From: Octopus sinensis
Lineage: Eukaryota
NCBI RefSeq assembly: GCF_006345805.1
Contig: NC_042997.1
Coordinates: forward strand, 208,754,001-208,818,000
Direction: 5' to 3'
DNA length: 64,000 bases
The notes beneath the pieces were generated by a model, which was given only the letters and a program-made list of their open reading frames with translations, did no database searches and was not told the DNA's origin. Position 1 is the stretch's first letter. Every line of letters begins with the position of its first letter. Below are positions 36,370-49,278 of this stretch, in pieces. Both the position numbers and the translations under genes were made by a program.

Positions 36370-39130
36370 AACGGGAAGCTTTATGAAAATAAACAAAAGA
36401 CGAAGGCAGGTGGAAAACAAACGAACAATTGTATTAGTATGGCGCTCAGGAAATATAAATAAAACAAGTCTTTAACGTTTCGAGCCTACGCTCTTCAACA
36501 GAAAGATACACAGAGAAGAAACACAGAAAGAAGGAGAGAAAAAAAATGCGTGCAGAGGCTAGCGAATCAACATGGCGATCTGATTTCGGCCAGAGGTCAA
36601 AGATCAAACATGAGACGCGAGAGCGAAATAAGGGGAGATAATAGGGTTGATAAAAGGGTTGAGGGACCAGCTAAAAGTGCGTGGGAGGGGTCTGGATGTG
36701 TGTATGTATAGGGTGGGTGTATGTATTAGTATGTATAAGGGTGTGTGTGTGTGTGTGTGTGTATGAGAGAGTATAGTGCGTAGGATTGGTCTGGACGTGC
36801 GTATGTATGGGGTTGGTGTATGTATTAGTATGTATTAGTATGTATTAGTACGTATTGGTATGTATAGGTGTGTGGTGTGTGAGAGAGTATAAGTGCGTAT
36901 GCGGGGTCTGGACGTGTGTATGTATAGTTGGTGTATGTAAGTATTAGTATATACTAGTATGTATTAGTACGTATTAGTATGTTATTAGTTGGTGTGTGTA
37001 TTAGTATGGCACATCATATGTGATGTGATGTGTTAAAGTCATGTGGTGTAGTGAGGAGAAGAGGGGGAGGGGGAGAAGAGGGGGAGAGAAGGGGAGGGGA
37101 AGAGAGAAGAGGGAGAGAAGGGGAAGAGGAGAGGATGGGGGAGAAGGAAGGGAGAGAGGGAGCAGAGGGAGAAGGGGAAGAGGAGGGAGAGGGAGAAAGA
37201 GGGAAGAAGGGAAGGGGAGTAAGGGGTGAAAGGATGAAGGACTGAAGAAGTAGGGGTCGGGGGGAGAAAGGATAGGTGAGGAGGGGGGGGAGGGGGGTTA
37301 GATGAGGAGGGGGAGAGTTGAGACCAAATGGCGTATAAGAGCGAAGAGAGAAGATTAATTCCTGTTCACGGCGCAAACGGGAATCCGGATGGCCTCTGTG
37401 TAAGGACAAACCGAACACAGATAGGTGTTGCAAGGAGTGACCGGTGGAGCGGGAAGTGGCGTGAGACCGGTGTGTGTCGTTCGCAAGGTGGATGTCACGA
37501 AGGTGTTCCGCGAACCGGTCAGCCAAGCGGCGTCCCGTTTGTCGATGTACAAGGAATTGCAGAGAGAGAGCAAGAGATGCAATAGATAATATTGCTGGAG
37601 GTGCAGGTGAAGGAGTGGATGATGGGATAGGGTCGATGGTGGGTGTGTGGGTGCTAGTGAGGCGGGTGGTGTTGGAGAGGAAGGGCAAGTGCGGCAACGT
37701 GGGCGGGAGCAGGGGAACGAGCCGGGTTGGGAGGTAGGGTCAGGGAAGGAGCTATGGACCAAAAGGTCTCGAAGGTTGTGGGCTCGTTGAAAGAGGGGAG
37801 GGGTCGGTTAGGGAAGAGGTGTGAAGGGACGGGTCGGACTGGAGATGACGGAAAGCTCGAAGAATGGTGCGTTGGAGACGTAGGGTCGTGGCGGTGGTAA
37901 GTGAGGGGAAAAGGGAGGCGGGAGACTACAGGGCGGGTTCGGGGAGAGAGAGCAGATACACGGTCCACGGACCGTGCTCTGGCAAGGGCGGTGTGGATGT
38001 GGATGTGGAGGGGGTATCCACGTAGGGTGAAGTGTGGTGGTGAGCCATACGTTGAGACTGAGTCTCAAAGTCATGGTCGTCACTACAGAGCCTACGTAGA
38101 CGGAGGAATGGGAATAGGGGATGGATGGAAAGCGGTGTGTTCTGGGTGGGAGGAAGAGAAGTTGAGGTATGAGTGTGAGTCTGTGTGTTTGTAGTGAATG
38201 GAGGTGGTAAGAGTGGAGTGAAGAATGCTAACGAAATGTCGAGGAAGGAGACAGAGGTGTTGGAGATAGTGGAAGTGAAGTGGAGGGCTGGATGGAAAGA
38301 TTGGACGAAAGAGAGGAAGGAATCTAGATGTTCGCGGGAGAGTGAGGTGGCACCGATAATGTCGTCAATATAACGACCATATAGTTCAGGAGTGGGACCA
38401 GTGAATTAGAGAATATTTGGGCCTCAACATAGCCAACGAACAGGTTCGCCATAGTTGGGGCCCATTCGCGTTCCCATGGCCACTCCCGAGACCTGATGGT
38501 AGAACTCGCCCGCGAACGAGAAGCAGTTCAGAGTAAGGACAAGTTCGGCCAGACGAATGAGTGTGGAGGAGGTGTCAGGTACAGGGTTAGAGCGGAGGTC
38601 AAGAAAGTGTCGAAGGGCCTGCAGTCCTTCGTGGTGAGGGATAACAGTATAGAGGCTTTGGATGTCCATAGTAAAAAGGATTTTGGAGGAGCCGGGAGGA
38701 AAGGAGAAAGAGTTGAAAAGCCGGAGAGCATGGTTGGTATCGTGGATGTGGGAGGGAAGAGATGCCACTAGGGGGCAAGGACACGGTCGAGGTATTTGAG
38801 ATGAGTGCGTGGGGCAGTTACAGGCGGAGACGATGGGGCGGCCAGGGTTGTTGGTTTTGGGGATTTTGGGGAGGAGGAAGTAAATGGTGGGGGTACGTGG
38901 GGTTCGCACAATTAGGTTGGATGCGGTGCGGGGGAGGGACGGGAGGACGAGATGAGGTCTTGGACAGTAGAGGATACCGTGTTGGTAGCTACGTGTGGGG
39001 TTAGAGGGCAGAGGGGAATAGAAGGAGTGTCATTGAGTTGGCGGAAAGCCTCGGCCTATAGAGGTCCGCGCGCCACACCACTACAGCTCCACCCTTGTCA
39101 GCCGGTTTGATGATAATGTCAGCACGCCGT
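36370..39130 (-). mobile_element. 5'-truncated Neptune-type Penelope-like retroelement (RT, Cys-linker, GIY-YIG, 3' pseudo-LTR with hammerhead), frameshifted
   Basis: IIIKPADKGGAVVVW (~39070-39120), LPKIPK..PGRPIVS, DIQSLYTVIPH, GVAMGTRMGP, RYIDDI (38358-38375), CSRPRCRTCP linker, IYCISCSLC..YI/QTGRRLADRFAEHLRD, REQELIFSLRS..PFGLN. Confidence 0.93.
36469..36506 (-). ncRNA. Minimal type I hammerhead-like ribozyme (A6>U core variant) in the PLE 3' pseudo-LTR
   Basis: TCTTT CTGTTGA A GAGC GTAG GCTC GAAA CG TT AAAGA: stem I TCTTT/AAAGA, stem II GAGC/GCTC, palindromic stem III AACGTT. Confidence 0.7.
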
Positions 39131-39159
39131 TATATATATATATATATCACGGGAAGTTT

Positions 39160-39166
39160 TATGAAA

Positions 39167-39197
<31 letters not shown>

Positions 39198-39355
39198 TAC
39201 ATACATACATGCGTACACATACACACACACGCGCGCATCTATATATACACCTAAGTACATACATGCATAAATGTATACATATGTCTAACACATGCATACA
39301 CAGCCGCACACACACGCGCCTCCTTATGTTCATAAAAACATTACATGCATACTCA

Positions 39356-39386
<31 letters not shown>

Positions 39387-39541
39387 TAATAATAATATAT
39401 ACGTGCAGTTACCCATTATTCAAACGGATACCTACATATAAACATACCCATATATACCTATTTACACATATGTATATATAAATATACATACATACACATA
39501 TAACTACATACCTACATATACATAAACACACAAGCGTACAC

Positions 39542-39589
<48 letters not shown>

Positions 39590-39718
39590 TACATATACAT
39601 ATACATATCTATACATATATATATACGCATATATATACACATACATACACACATACACATACATACACATATATACACATCCATATACACATACACACAT
39701 ACACATATACACACACAT

Positions 39719-39751
<33 letters not shown>

Positions 39752-41901
39752 CATTTACACACACATTTTTACACATATATATATATACACACATACACAT
39801 ACACACACATACACATATATATATATACATATATATATATTACATATATACATACATATGTGCACATATACACATACATCTATATACATATATACACATA
39901 CATACACACAAGCACATACATGCATAAAGGTATACATATGTTTATACAAATGCATACACATACACACACTCACGCGCCTCCTTATATACATAAATACATA
40001 CATGCATACAAACGCATACTCGTGTAATAAATAATGAATAATAAATAATAGATATACACATGCAGTTACCCTTTGTACAGACGGAAACATACATATAAGC
40101 ATACACATATATACCTATCTACACATGTATATATACATACATGCATGCACATACACATAACTCTACATACTTACAAATACATAAACACACGAGCGTACAC
40201 ATATATATATATATACATAAACACATACATATATATGTACGTGTGTGTATATATATATAGTGAGTGCTTGTTTTCAAGTAGACAGATAAATGGACTGGAT
40301 GTCATAGCCAAGATGCTTGGGACCAGCGGTCAAAGATAACAAAAGTAATAAATGAAGATAATAAAATTAAAATTAGGGAATGGGTCTGTATTTGTATGTA
40401 TATATATACATGTGTGTATGTGTAGGTATGTATAGGTACACATATGCATATATATATATATATATATATATAAGAGAAATCTTCAGGAAGCTAGTTAACA
40501 AGAATTGTATTGGCATTTATACATTTAGGCAGGTTTAAAGCGGTGGTGGTGGGGGACTTTTTGGGGGTAGGCATAGCGCAAAATATCATACTTGGGGGAG
40601 TGGTCAAGGAGTCAGTGGTAAATTAGATAAAAGAATAAATAAAAAAATAAAAAAAAATATATATAAAAAGAATAGAGTTTTAGGTAAATAAGGAGATTCT
40701 CACTTATACCTATACACATAGTATACAATATACACACACATACATACATATATACATACACACATACATACACACAAACACATATACATATATATACACA
40801 TACACATACATATACATATCTACACATACACATATATATATATACATACACTCACTCACATGCATACACGTATACACACATGTATATATACACACACGAC
40901 CACACATACATATACACACAGAAAAATATATATACATACACACATACACACATACACACATACACACGCAGCACACTAGTCCCTATATACACATATATAC
41001 ACATACACACATATATATACATACACATACATATACATACATATATATATATATATATACATATGTGTACCTATACATACCTACACATACACACATGTAT
41101 ATATATACATACAAATACAGACCCATTCCCTAATTTTAATTTATTATCTTCATTTATTACTTTTGTTATCTTTGACCGCTGGTCCCAACGATCTTGGCTA
41201 TGACAGCAAGTCCATTTATCTCTACTTGAAAACAAGCACTCATTCACGCACGCACACTCATTAGCACGTACACTCACTCATTCGTACACTCATACACATA
41301 CACGCACGCACGCGTTATATTCATACATACATACATCTACATACATTCACGTATATACACATACGTACGCGTACCTACAGATTCATGTCTACACTCTTAG
41401 AAGGCTAGTCTATACATATACACCAATGTATGCATATATGTATGTATGTATGTATGTATATGTGTATGTATATATGTGGTAAGTGTGTGCATATATGATA
41501 TGTAAGTGTGTGTGCGTGTATGAGTATGTATGTATGTGTGCACACATGTATATGTGTGTGTGTGTGTATATATGGATGCGCGTCGTGTGTGTGTGTGTGT
41601 GTATGGGTACGCATGTACATGTGTATGTGCGTGTATGTGTATATGTGTATGTATGTATGTGTGTGCGTATATTTGTATATGTATGTATGTATATTATGTA
41701 TGTGTGTGTATATATATATATGGGTGTGTGTATGTGTATAATGTATGTATGTATGTATGGAGTATGGATGTATGTATGTATGTATACGTATGTATGTGTA
41801 TGTGTGTATATGTATGTATGTGTATGTGTGTATTATATGTGTGTATATATATTTGTGTATATATATATATATGTATATATATGTGTATATATATATGTAT
41901 G

Positions 41902-41945
<44 letters not shown>

Positions 41946-42371
41946 GTGTGTATGTATTGTATGTAGGTGTATATGTATGTGTGTATATATATATTTATTG
42001 GTGTATATGTATAGACTAGCCTTCTAAGAGTGTAGACATGAATCTGTAGGTAGGCGTACGTATGTGTATATACGTGATGTGAATGTATGAGATGTATGTA
42101 TGTATGAATATAACGCGTGCATGCGTGTATGTGTATGAGTGTACGAATGAGTGAGTGTACGTGCTAATGAGTGTGCGTGCGTGAATGAGTGCTTGTTTTC
42201 AAGTAGACAGATAAATGGACTTGCTGTCATAGCCAAGATCGTTGGGACCAGCGGTCAAAGATAACAAAAGTAATAAATGAAGATAATAAAATTAAAATTA
42301 GGGAATGGGTCTGTATTTGTATGTATATATATACATGTGTGTATGTGTAGGTATGTATAGGTACACATATG

Positions 42372-42405
<34 letters not shown>

Positions 42406-43097
42406 ATATATGTATGTATGTATATGTATGTGTATGTATATATATATGTGTGTATGTGTATATATGTGTATATAGGGACTAGTGTGCTGTGTGTGCATGT
42501 GTGTATGTGTGTATGTATATATATTTTTCTGTGTGTATATGTATGTGTGGTCGTGTGTGTATATACATGTGTGTATACGTGTATGCATGTGAGTGAGTGT
42601 ATGTATATATATATATATGTGTATGTGTAGATATGTATATGTATGTGTATGTGTATATATATGTATATGTGTGTGTGTGATGTATGTGTGTATGTATATA
42701 TGTATGTATGTGTGTGTATAATGTATACATATGTGTATAGGTATAAGTGAGAATCTCCTTATTTACCTAAAACTATTCTTTTTTATATATATTTTTATAT
42801 TTTTATTTTTTATTTTTTATTATTGTTTTATCTAATTTACCACTGACTCCTTGACCACTCCCCCAAGTATGATATTTTGCGCTATGCCTACCCCAAAAAG
42901 TCCCCACCACCACCCCTTTAAACCTGCCTAAATGTATAAATGCCAATACAATTCTTGTTAACTAGCTTCCTAAAGATTTCTCTTGAATGAAACAGTTCTA
43001 GTCCTGTAGAAGTTCCTTCTATATAATAAATTAATTTTACTCTGCTATGTATTGAGTACCTTATTTACTGTGGTTAACCCCGAATCAACCCGGGACC

Positions 43098-43170
<73 letters not shown>

Positions 43171-43883
43171 ATGTATGTGTATGTATATATATGTGTGTAT
43201 GTGTATATATGTGTATATAGGGACTAGTGTGGTGTGTGCATGTGGTATGTGGATATGTGTGTATATATGTGTGTGTATGCGTGTATGTATATGTGTGTGT
43301 ATGTATATATATTTTTCTGGTGTAATATATGTGTGGTCGTGTGTGTATATATACATGTGTGTATACGTGTATGCATGTGAGCGAGTGTATGTATATATAT
43401 TGTGTATGTGTAGATATGTATATGTATGTGTGTGATATATATGTATATGTGTGTGTGTGTATGTATGTGTGTATGTATATATGTATGTGTGTATATGTAT
43501 GTATGTGTGTGTATATATGTTACATATGTGTATAGGTATAAGTGAGAATCTCCTATTTACCTAAAACTCTATTCTTTTTTATATATATTTTTTTATTTTT
43601 TATTTATTCTTTTATCTAATTTACCACTGACTCCTTGACCACTCCCCCAAGTATGATATTTTGCGCTATGCCTACCCCAAAAAGTCCCCCACCACCACCC
43701 CTTTAAACCTGCCTAAATGTATAAATGCCAATACAATCTTGTTAACTAGCTTCCTGAAGATTTCTCTTGAATGAAACAGTTCTAGTCCTGTAGAAGCTCC
43801 TTCTATTAATAAATTAATTTTACTCTGCTATGTATTGAGTACCTTATTTACTGTGGTTAACCCCGAATCAACCCGGGACCTAC

Positions 43884-43931
<48 letters not shown>

Positions 43932-44290
43932 CATATATACACACACACATATATATATATATACACATACATACAAATACATACACACACACACATACAC
44001 ATACATACATACATATACATACATACATACACACACACACACATACACATACATACACATATATATACATATATATATACACATATATATATATCTACAT
44101 ATACACTACACATATATATATATATACACACACATACACATACACATACACACACACATATACACATATATATAAAACTTTTCTATTTATATTTTTTTAT
44201 TTTAATTTTAATTTTTATTCTTTTATCTACTTTACCACCGATTCCTTTGACCACTCCCCTAATAATGACAGTTTTGCGCCATGACTACCC
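39160..44290. repeat. Microsatellite-rich compound repeat forming a ~2.6-kb imperfect palindrome plus tandem duplications
   Basis: 40440-41430 is inverted relative to 41995-43000 (family-X module, spacer block, GACCGCTGGTCCCAACGATCTTGGC block). 42400-43100 is duplicated at 43140-43882. Confidence 0.85.
43748..43798 (+). ncRNA. Type I hammerhead ribozyme, intact core (family X)
   Basis: AGCTTC CTGAAGA T TTC TCTT GAA T GAAA CAG TTCTAGTC CTG TA GAAGCT; predicted GUA cleavage after 43792. Confidence 0.78.
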
Positions 44291-44650
44291 CCTAAAAAAA
44301 AATATATATATATATATATTAAATTAGAGATAAAACCACTATTAGGCAAATCAAACAGTAAAAAACATAAACCAAAACATAGAAATAAAATTAATTAATA
44401 TAATATACAAAATATATAAAATATAAAATTCAAAATTTTAATTATTTAAATTTAAAGTTAAAATTTAAAAAATTTTTAAATTAATAATTTTACTTATAAA
44501 TTTTTATAAATATACATATATATATAATATATATATAATATATATTTTATTATTTTATTTTAATTTTATTTTATTTTTTATTTTTTTTTTTTAAATAAAT
44601 ATAACTATCAAAAGTATTAAAAAGTTGTTTAATATAAGATAAAGAGTAAA

Positions 44651-44750
44651 ACCACTACGATCGTTTCCTGCCCATAACCTAATTCGAATAACAATAATTT
44701 AAATTCAATTAATAATTCAAATTATGGTTATAGTCAATCTTCAGGTTAAT
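44651..44750 (-). ncRNA. Degenerate long-stem-II hammerhead (family e) in an extremely AT-rich segment
   Basis: CTGAAGA TTGACTATAACC...GGTTATGGGCAG GAAA CGATCG TA GTGG; stem I is weak. Confidence 0.55.
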
Positions 44751-45358
44751 GATAATATTTAAATAAATAATCAAATATATTTAAACAATATTTTTTAAGA
44801 AATAAATAAAATAATAATTTTTCTTATAAAAAACTCTATTACCAAACTAGAAACTTTAACGATTATGATTATGTCATACAATCAATTATAATGTTAAATA
44901 TTAATTTTTAAGGTAAGAAACCCACAAATAATCTAATCTCAGTTATAGTCAATATCTAATTACATAAATATTTTACAAAAAAAAAGACTATTCATATTAT
45001 TAAATATAATTTCAAGTCAAATAATTATATAATATTTGAATAATAACTAAATTATCAATGAAAATATATAAATGTATATAAATATAAGAATTAAGATCTA
45101 AAATTATCTCTATCAATAAATATATATGCACGTATAATAAAGACCTAATAAATTAATTATTCATTATTACTTATAAATATATTATATTATATATTATATT
45201 ATATAAATATATTATATTATAGGCTGTCCACTTTTAATGGTCAGTCCTCTAAATTTTGTATGTAAAAAATTTTTAATCTTCAGATTTTTTTTAAATATGC
45301 TAGGCCACTGGTTTTAATTGATTAATATCAATTTCTACCTTTATTTAATTTTATTTAT

Positions 45359-45389
<31 letters not shown>

Positions 45390-45988
45390 CATCATCGTTT
45401 AACATCTGCTTTCCATGCTGGCATGGGTTGGACAGTTCGACCAGGGTCTGGGAAGCCAGAAGCTGCACCAGGCTCCAGCCTGATCTAGCATTGTTTCTAC
45501 AGCTGGATGCCCTTCCTAACGCCAACCACTCCGAGAGTGTTGTGGGTGCTTTTTTATGTGCCACCAGCACAGGGATCACGACTACAATTACCAGTTGAAC
45601 GTGATTTGATTTGATATTGATGTACTTGACTCAATAGGTCTCCTCAAGCACAGCATGTCACCCTACAATCCAAGGAACTTTGGAGTGGGCTGGTTATGCG
45701 ACACTGGTGTAGATTACAGCTGTGAACTCACTTTGGTGGTTCTCCTCATATTTTTCACTCTGATGAAGATCTGCTGCCTTAATTCAAATGCCCTATGGAG
45801 ATGAAGGATTTTATTCTCACATTTATCTATAGATTGCATTATGGCAATCTGATCAGTAATCGCCGTAAGATATGTTGCGTCCCCTATTTTGTTATGTCAT
45901 ACTTTGTATTAAAAAATAAACTGTAAATGTGGTCCAATCAATGTCTTGGTTAATCTGTGGTTTTCTCCATTTTCTAATTATTTGCATT

Positions 45989-46024
<36 letters not shown>

Positions 46025-46277
46025 TAGGTAGGTACAATAAATTCAGGGTGAATACTTGATAAATGTAAGCACCTGTATATGCCAGCTAGTAGCAGAGGTG
46101 AGAGGAAGCTGCCGGACGAGATGGTGAAGATGCCAACGACCGCTCGGTTCAAAGTCTCCCTTGACCACAAATGGCCTGAACTCTTTACATGAACACCACC
46201 CTGTACATAACTCCATGTCCCCCTACATGGCCTTGCTTTTTGCTTTTTGAGCCAAAAAATTAACTAACTAACTAACT

Positions 46278-46700
46278 AAATGAAATAAAAAACAGAACAT
46301 AAAGGATGTTGCGGTACACATGTTTCGAGCTTTATAAAACAACTTATTCTTACATCAATGTATAATCGACATAACAGATAGTTTAAAGCCCTCTTCGGCC
46401 ACATGCAATTGCTACACCAAAGACTTGTATCATATTATGAAAGGTCTGAGAAAGAACATTTGGTATTATTTATAATGGTAGGTAAACTGAGTATCACTGA
46501 GAAAGTATGTTTGTAAATCTTCATAATCAAATAGGTGTACAGGGTATTATTGGACTCCAAAAATCCGTCCATACCGTTTTCTGAGGGCTTTAAACTATCT
46601 GTTATGTCGATTATACATTGATGTAAGAATAAGTTGCTTTATAAAGCTCAAAACATGTGTACCGCGACATCCTTTGTGTTCTGATTTTTATTTCATTTGA
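46278..46700. mobile_element. Foldback element (~117-bp arms) with a long-stem-II hammerhead (U4>C) at 46310-46403(-)
   Basis: TGTGG CCGAAGA GGGCTTTA...TAAAGCTC GAAA CAT GTG TA CCGCA; arms 46278-46394 / 46583-46700. Confidence 0.75.
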
Positions 46701-46706
46701 TACATA

Positions 46707-46743
<37 letters not shown>

Positions 46744-47105
46744 GTATGTAGAAAGTTGAAATGGAACACACGAGTTGATAGATATATGGAAAAAAGTCAA
46801 GGTAGAAAATGCTAAAGTAACTTTATAAAAAACATTTCAGTACCGGTTTCAGTCATTGGGACTTTTCAACTGTAAGTATGGAGAACAATTAAATTTTGGA
46901 AAAATTAAAGGAAAAGTTTTCTAACAGAATATTTGCATAGTATTCAAATACAAGGAGCAGAGATAGATGGGCAGAAACAAGGAAAATGTCCCTTTTTTCC
47001 ATATATACATACAGCCTGGTGCAGCAATCTGGCTCACCAGTCCCCAGTCAAACCGTCCAACCCATCCCAGCATGGAAAGCGGACATTAAACAATGATGAT
47101 GATGA

Positions 47106-47139
<34 letters not shown>

Positions 47140-48127
47140 CGGCAAGCTGGCAGAAACGTTAGCGCGCCGGGCGAAATGCTTAGTGGTATTTCATCTGTAG
47201 TTACGTTCTGAGTTCAAACTCCGCTGAGGTTGACTTTGCCTTTCATCCTTTCGGGATCGATAAATAAAGTACCAGTTACGCACTGGGGTCGATGTAATTG
47301 ACTTAATCCCTTTGTCTGTCCTTGTTTGTCCCTGCTATGTTTAGCCCCTTGTGGGCAATAAAGAAAATATATATATATATTCACACACACACACATATAT
47401 TATTTTGGTGGAATTTCTTGCTCCTCTGAGTTTTTCCTACGGGTGCAGAGGATCTTGAGGCAAGTTATGACTGAAAATGAATGATTCACACATCTATAAA
47501 TAGGTTTCCTGGCACAGAGTATACTGAGGGGGGGGGATATGATAAAAGAGGGTGGGGAGAAAACAACGAGAAGAGGAAAGAAAGGAACTCAAAAAAGCAG
47601 AAAGAAGAAGAAAAAGGAAGAAAAGGAGAATAAGAAGAGAAGAATACAGTGGAAAGATTCAATAGGAAAATTGCAGGTAACTGGAAGAATGAGCTTTGGA
47701 ACCAGTGACACATAAAGGTAGAAACATATGAATGAATAAATAGGTAAAAATAATGACAGAGGAATTAAAGTGAACAAGAGTGGGTGTGCCGCCGATTTAA
47801 ACACAGTCAAAAATGAGAGAGTAATAACTGTGGTCGTAAGTAAATAAACAAGATTTAGAATAACCTAAGACTGATTTTAAGTAAATTAAATTTCAAGGTG
47901 CTTAGTTTGAGTCTATTTGAAATATGACAAAAGCTTTAAAATATCATTTTCTATCAGGTTTTGTCAATTTTATCACAACTGAAGTTGTATTGGTCCCATA
48001 TTCGCTCAGAGCAAAAAATATGTTTGTCACCTTATTCTTTATGAGTTTCAAAAAAGGAATAATGCGAACATTTTTTTTGTTTTCACCTCCAGAAAAGTAA
48101 TGAAACGTCAAAGTCAATCATATTGGT

Positions 48128-48220
<93 letters not shown>

Positions 48221-48897
48221 GGTGTTGGTGTGTGTATACACGTACATACATAAATACATTCGTATGTGTGTGTGTGACTGACTACAAATACATAGAATTG
48301 AACACTGAGCATCATCATCATCGTTTAACGTCTGTTTTCCATGCTAGCATGGGTTGGACAGTTCGACCGGGGTCTGGGACGCCACGAGGCTGCACCAGGC
48401 TCCAGTCTGATTTGGCAGTGTTTTTACAGCTGGATGCCCTTCCTAATGCCAACCACTCCATGAGTGTAGTGGGTGCTTTTTATGTGCCACCGGCACCGGG
48501 GCCAGGGGAGGCTGGCTGCGGCCACGATTGGTTAGTGCTTTTTACGTGCCACCGGCACAGAAGCCAGTCAAGGCGGCGCTGGCATCGGCATCGTTTGGAT
48601 GGTGCTTTTTACGTGCCACCAGCATGAAAAGTAAATAAATAAATAATTACAGAAATTAACGAACAATCATTTGATCCCATATTGTCGAGTTTGACATTTC
48701 TGCGGGTGAAAACGAAAGACAGGCAATAATGCAAAACCTAAAGAATCTTATGAACGTGGCATTAAACAGCTCAGTGACAGGTGAAAAGTCATAGAGAAGG
48801 ATGATGACTATATTAATGATTAAATAAATCTGATATTTAGAAAATTACTAATTGTAAATGAGGGATATTCAGCAACAGTACTTTGGAGTAAATATTG

Positions 48898-49278
48898 TTT
48901 GCCAACATAACATGGCAGTCCTGGTTTAGGATGAATGTTGCTGTAATTTAGCCCCAGGAGACATCATCTCCAGCTGCCTATACGACCCGATCTGTATCCT
49001 TACATTTTTTTAACAAAGGAATCTAGCACCCCCACTCAGCTCAAAGCAATATCTGTGTATCGCGATTTCCGGGTCATTTCCCTTCATCAGCACAGAATAA
49101 TTGTTCAGCCAGATACACAGATACTGTTTTGAGCTGAGTTGGGGGGGGGGGTAGATCCCCTTGTTTGAAAATATAAGGACACAGATCATGTTGTATAGCC
49201 AGCTGGAGACGATGTCTCCTGGGGCTAAATTACAGCAACATTCATCCTAAACCAGGACTGCCATGTTATGTTGGCAAA
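48898..49278. mobile_element. Foldback element (~160-bp arms) with an intact hammerhead at the centre
   Basis: TTTGCCAACATAACATGGCAGTCCTGGTTTAGGATG... / ...CATCCTAAACCAGGACTGCCATGTTATGTTGGCAAA. Confidence 0.88.
49053..49095 (-). ncRNA. Minimal type I hammerhead ribozyme, intact core
   Basis: CTGTG CTGATGA A GGG AAATGA CCC G GAAA TCG CGA TA CACAG: stem I CTGTG/CACAG, palindromic stem III ATCGCGAT, AUA triplet. Confidence 0.85.

Noticed and set aside
39095-44284. Many long Y/I/V/C/M/H/T-rich ORFs
   Set aside because: These are artefacts of TA/CA/TACA microsatellites, which lack stop codons in some frames.
44290-45350. Possible mitochondrial insertion (NUMT) or AT-rich contaminant
   Set aside because: I found no recognisable mitochondrial gene, tRNA or rRNA. 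The segment instead contains pseudo-LTR and HHR pieces related to nuclear repeats.
45757-45880. CTGATGA AGATC...GATC AGTAA motif
   Set aside because: There is no GAAA and no convincing stem I.
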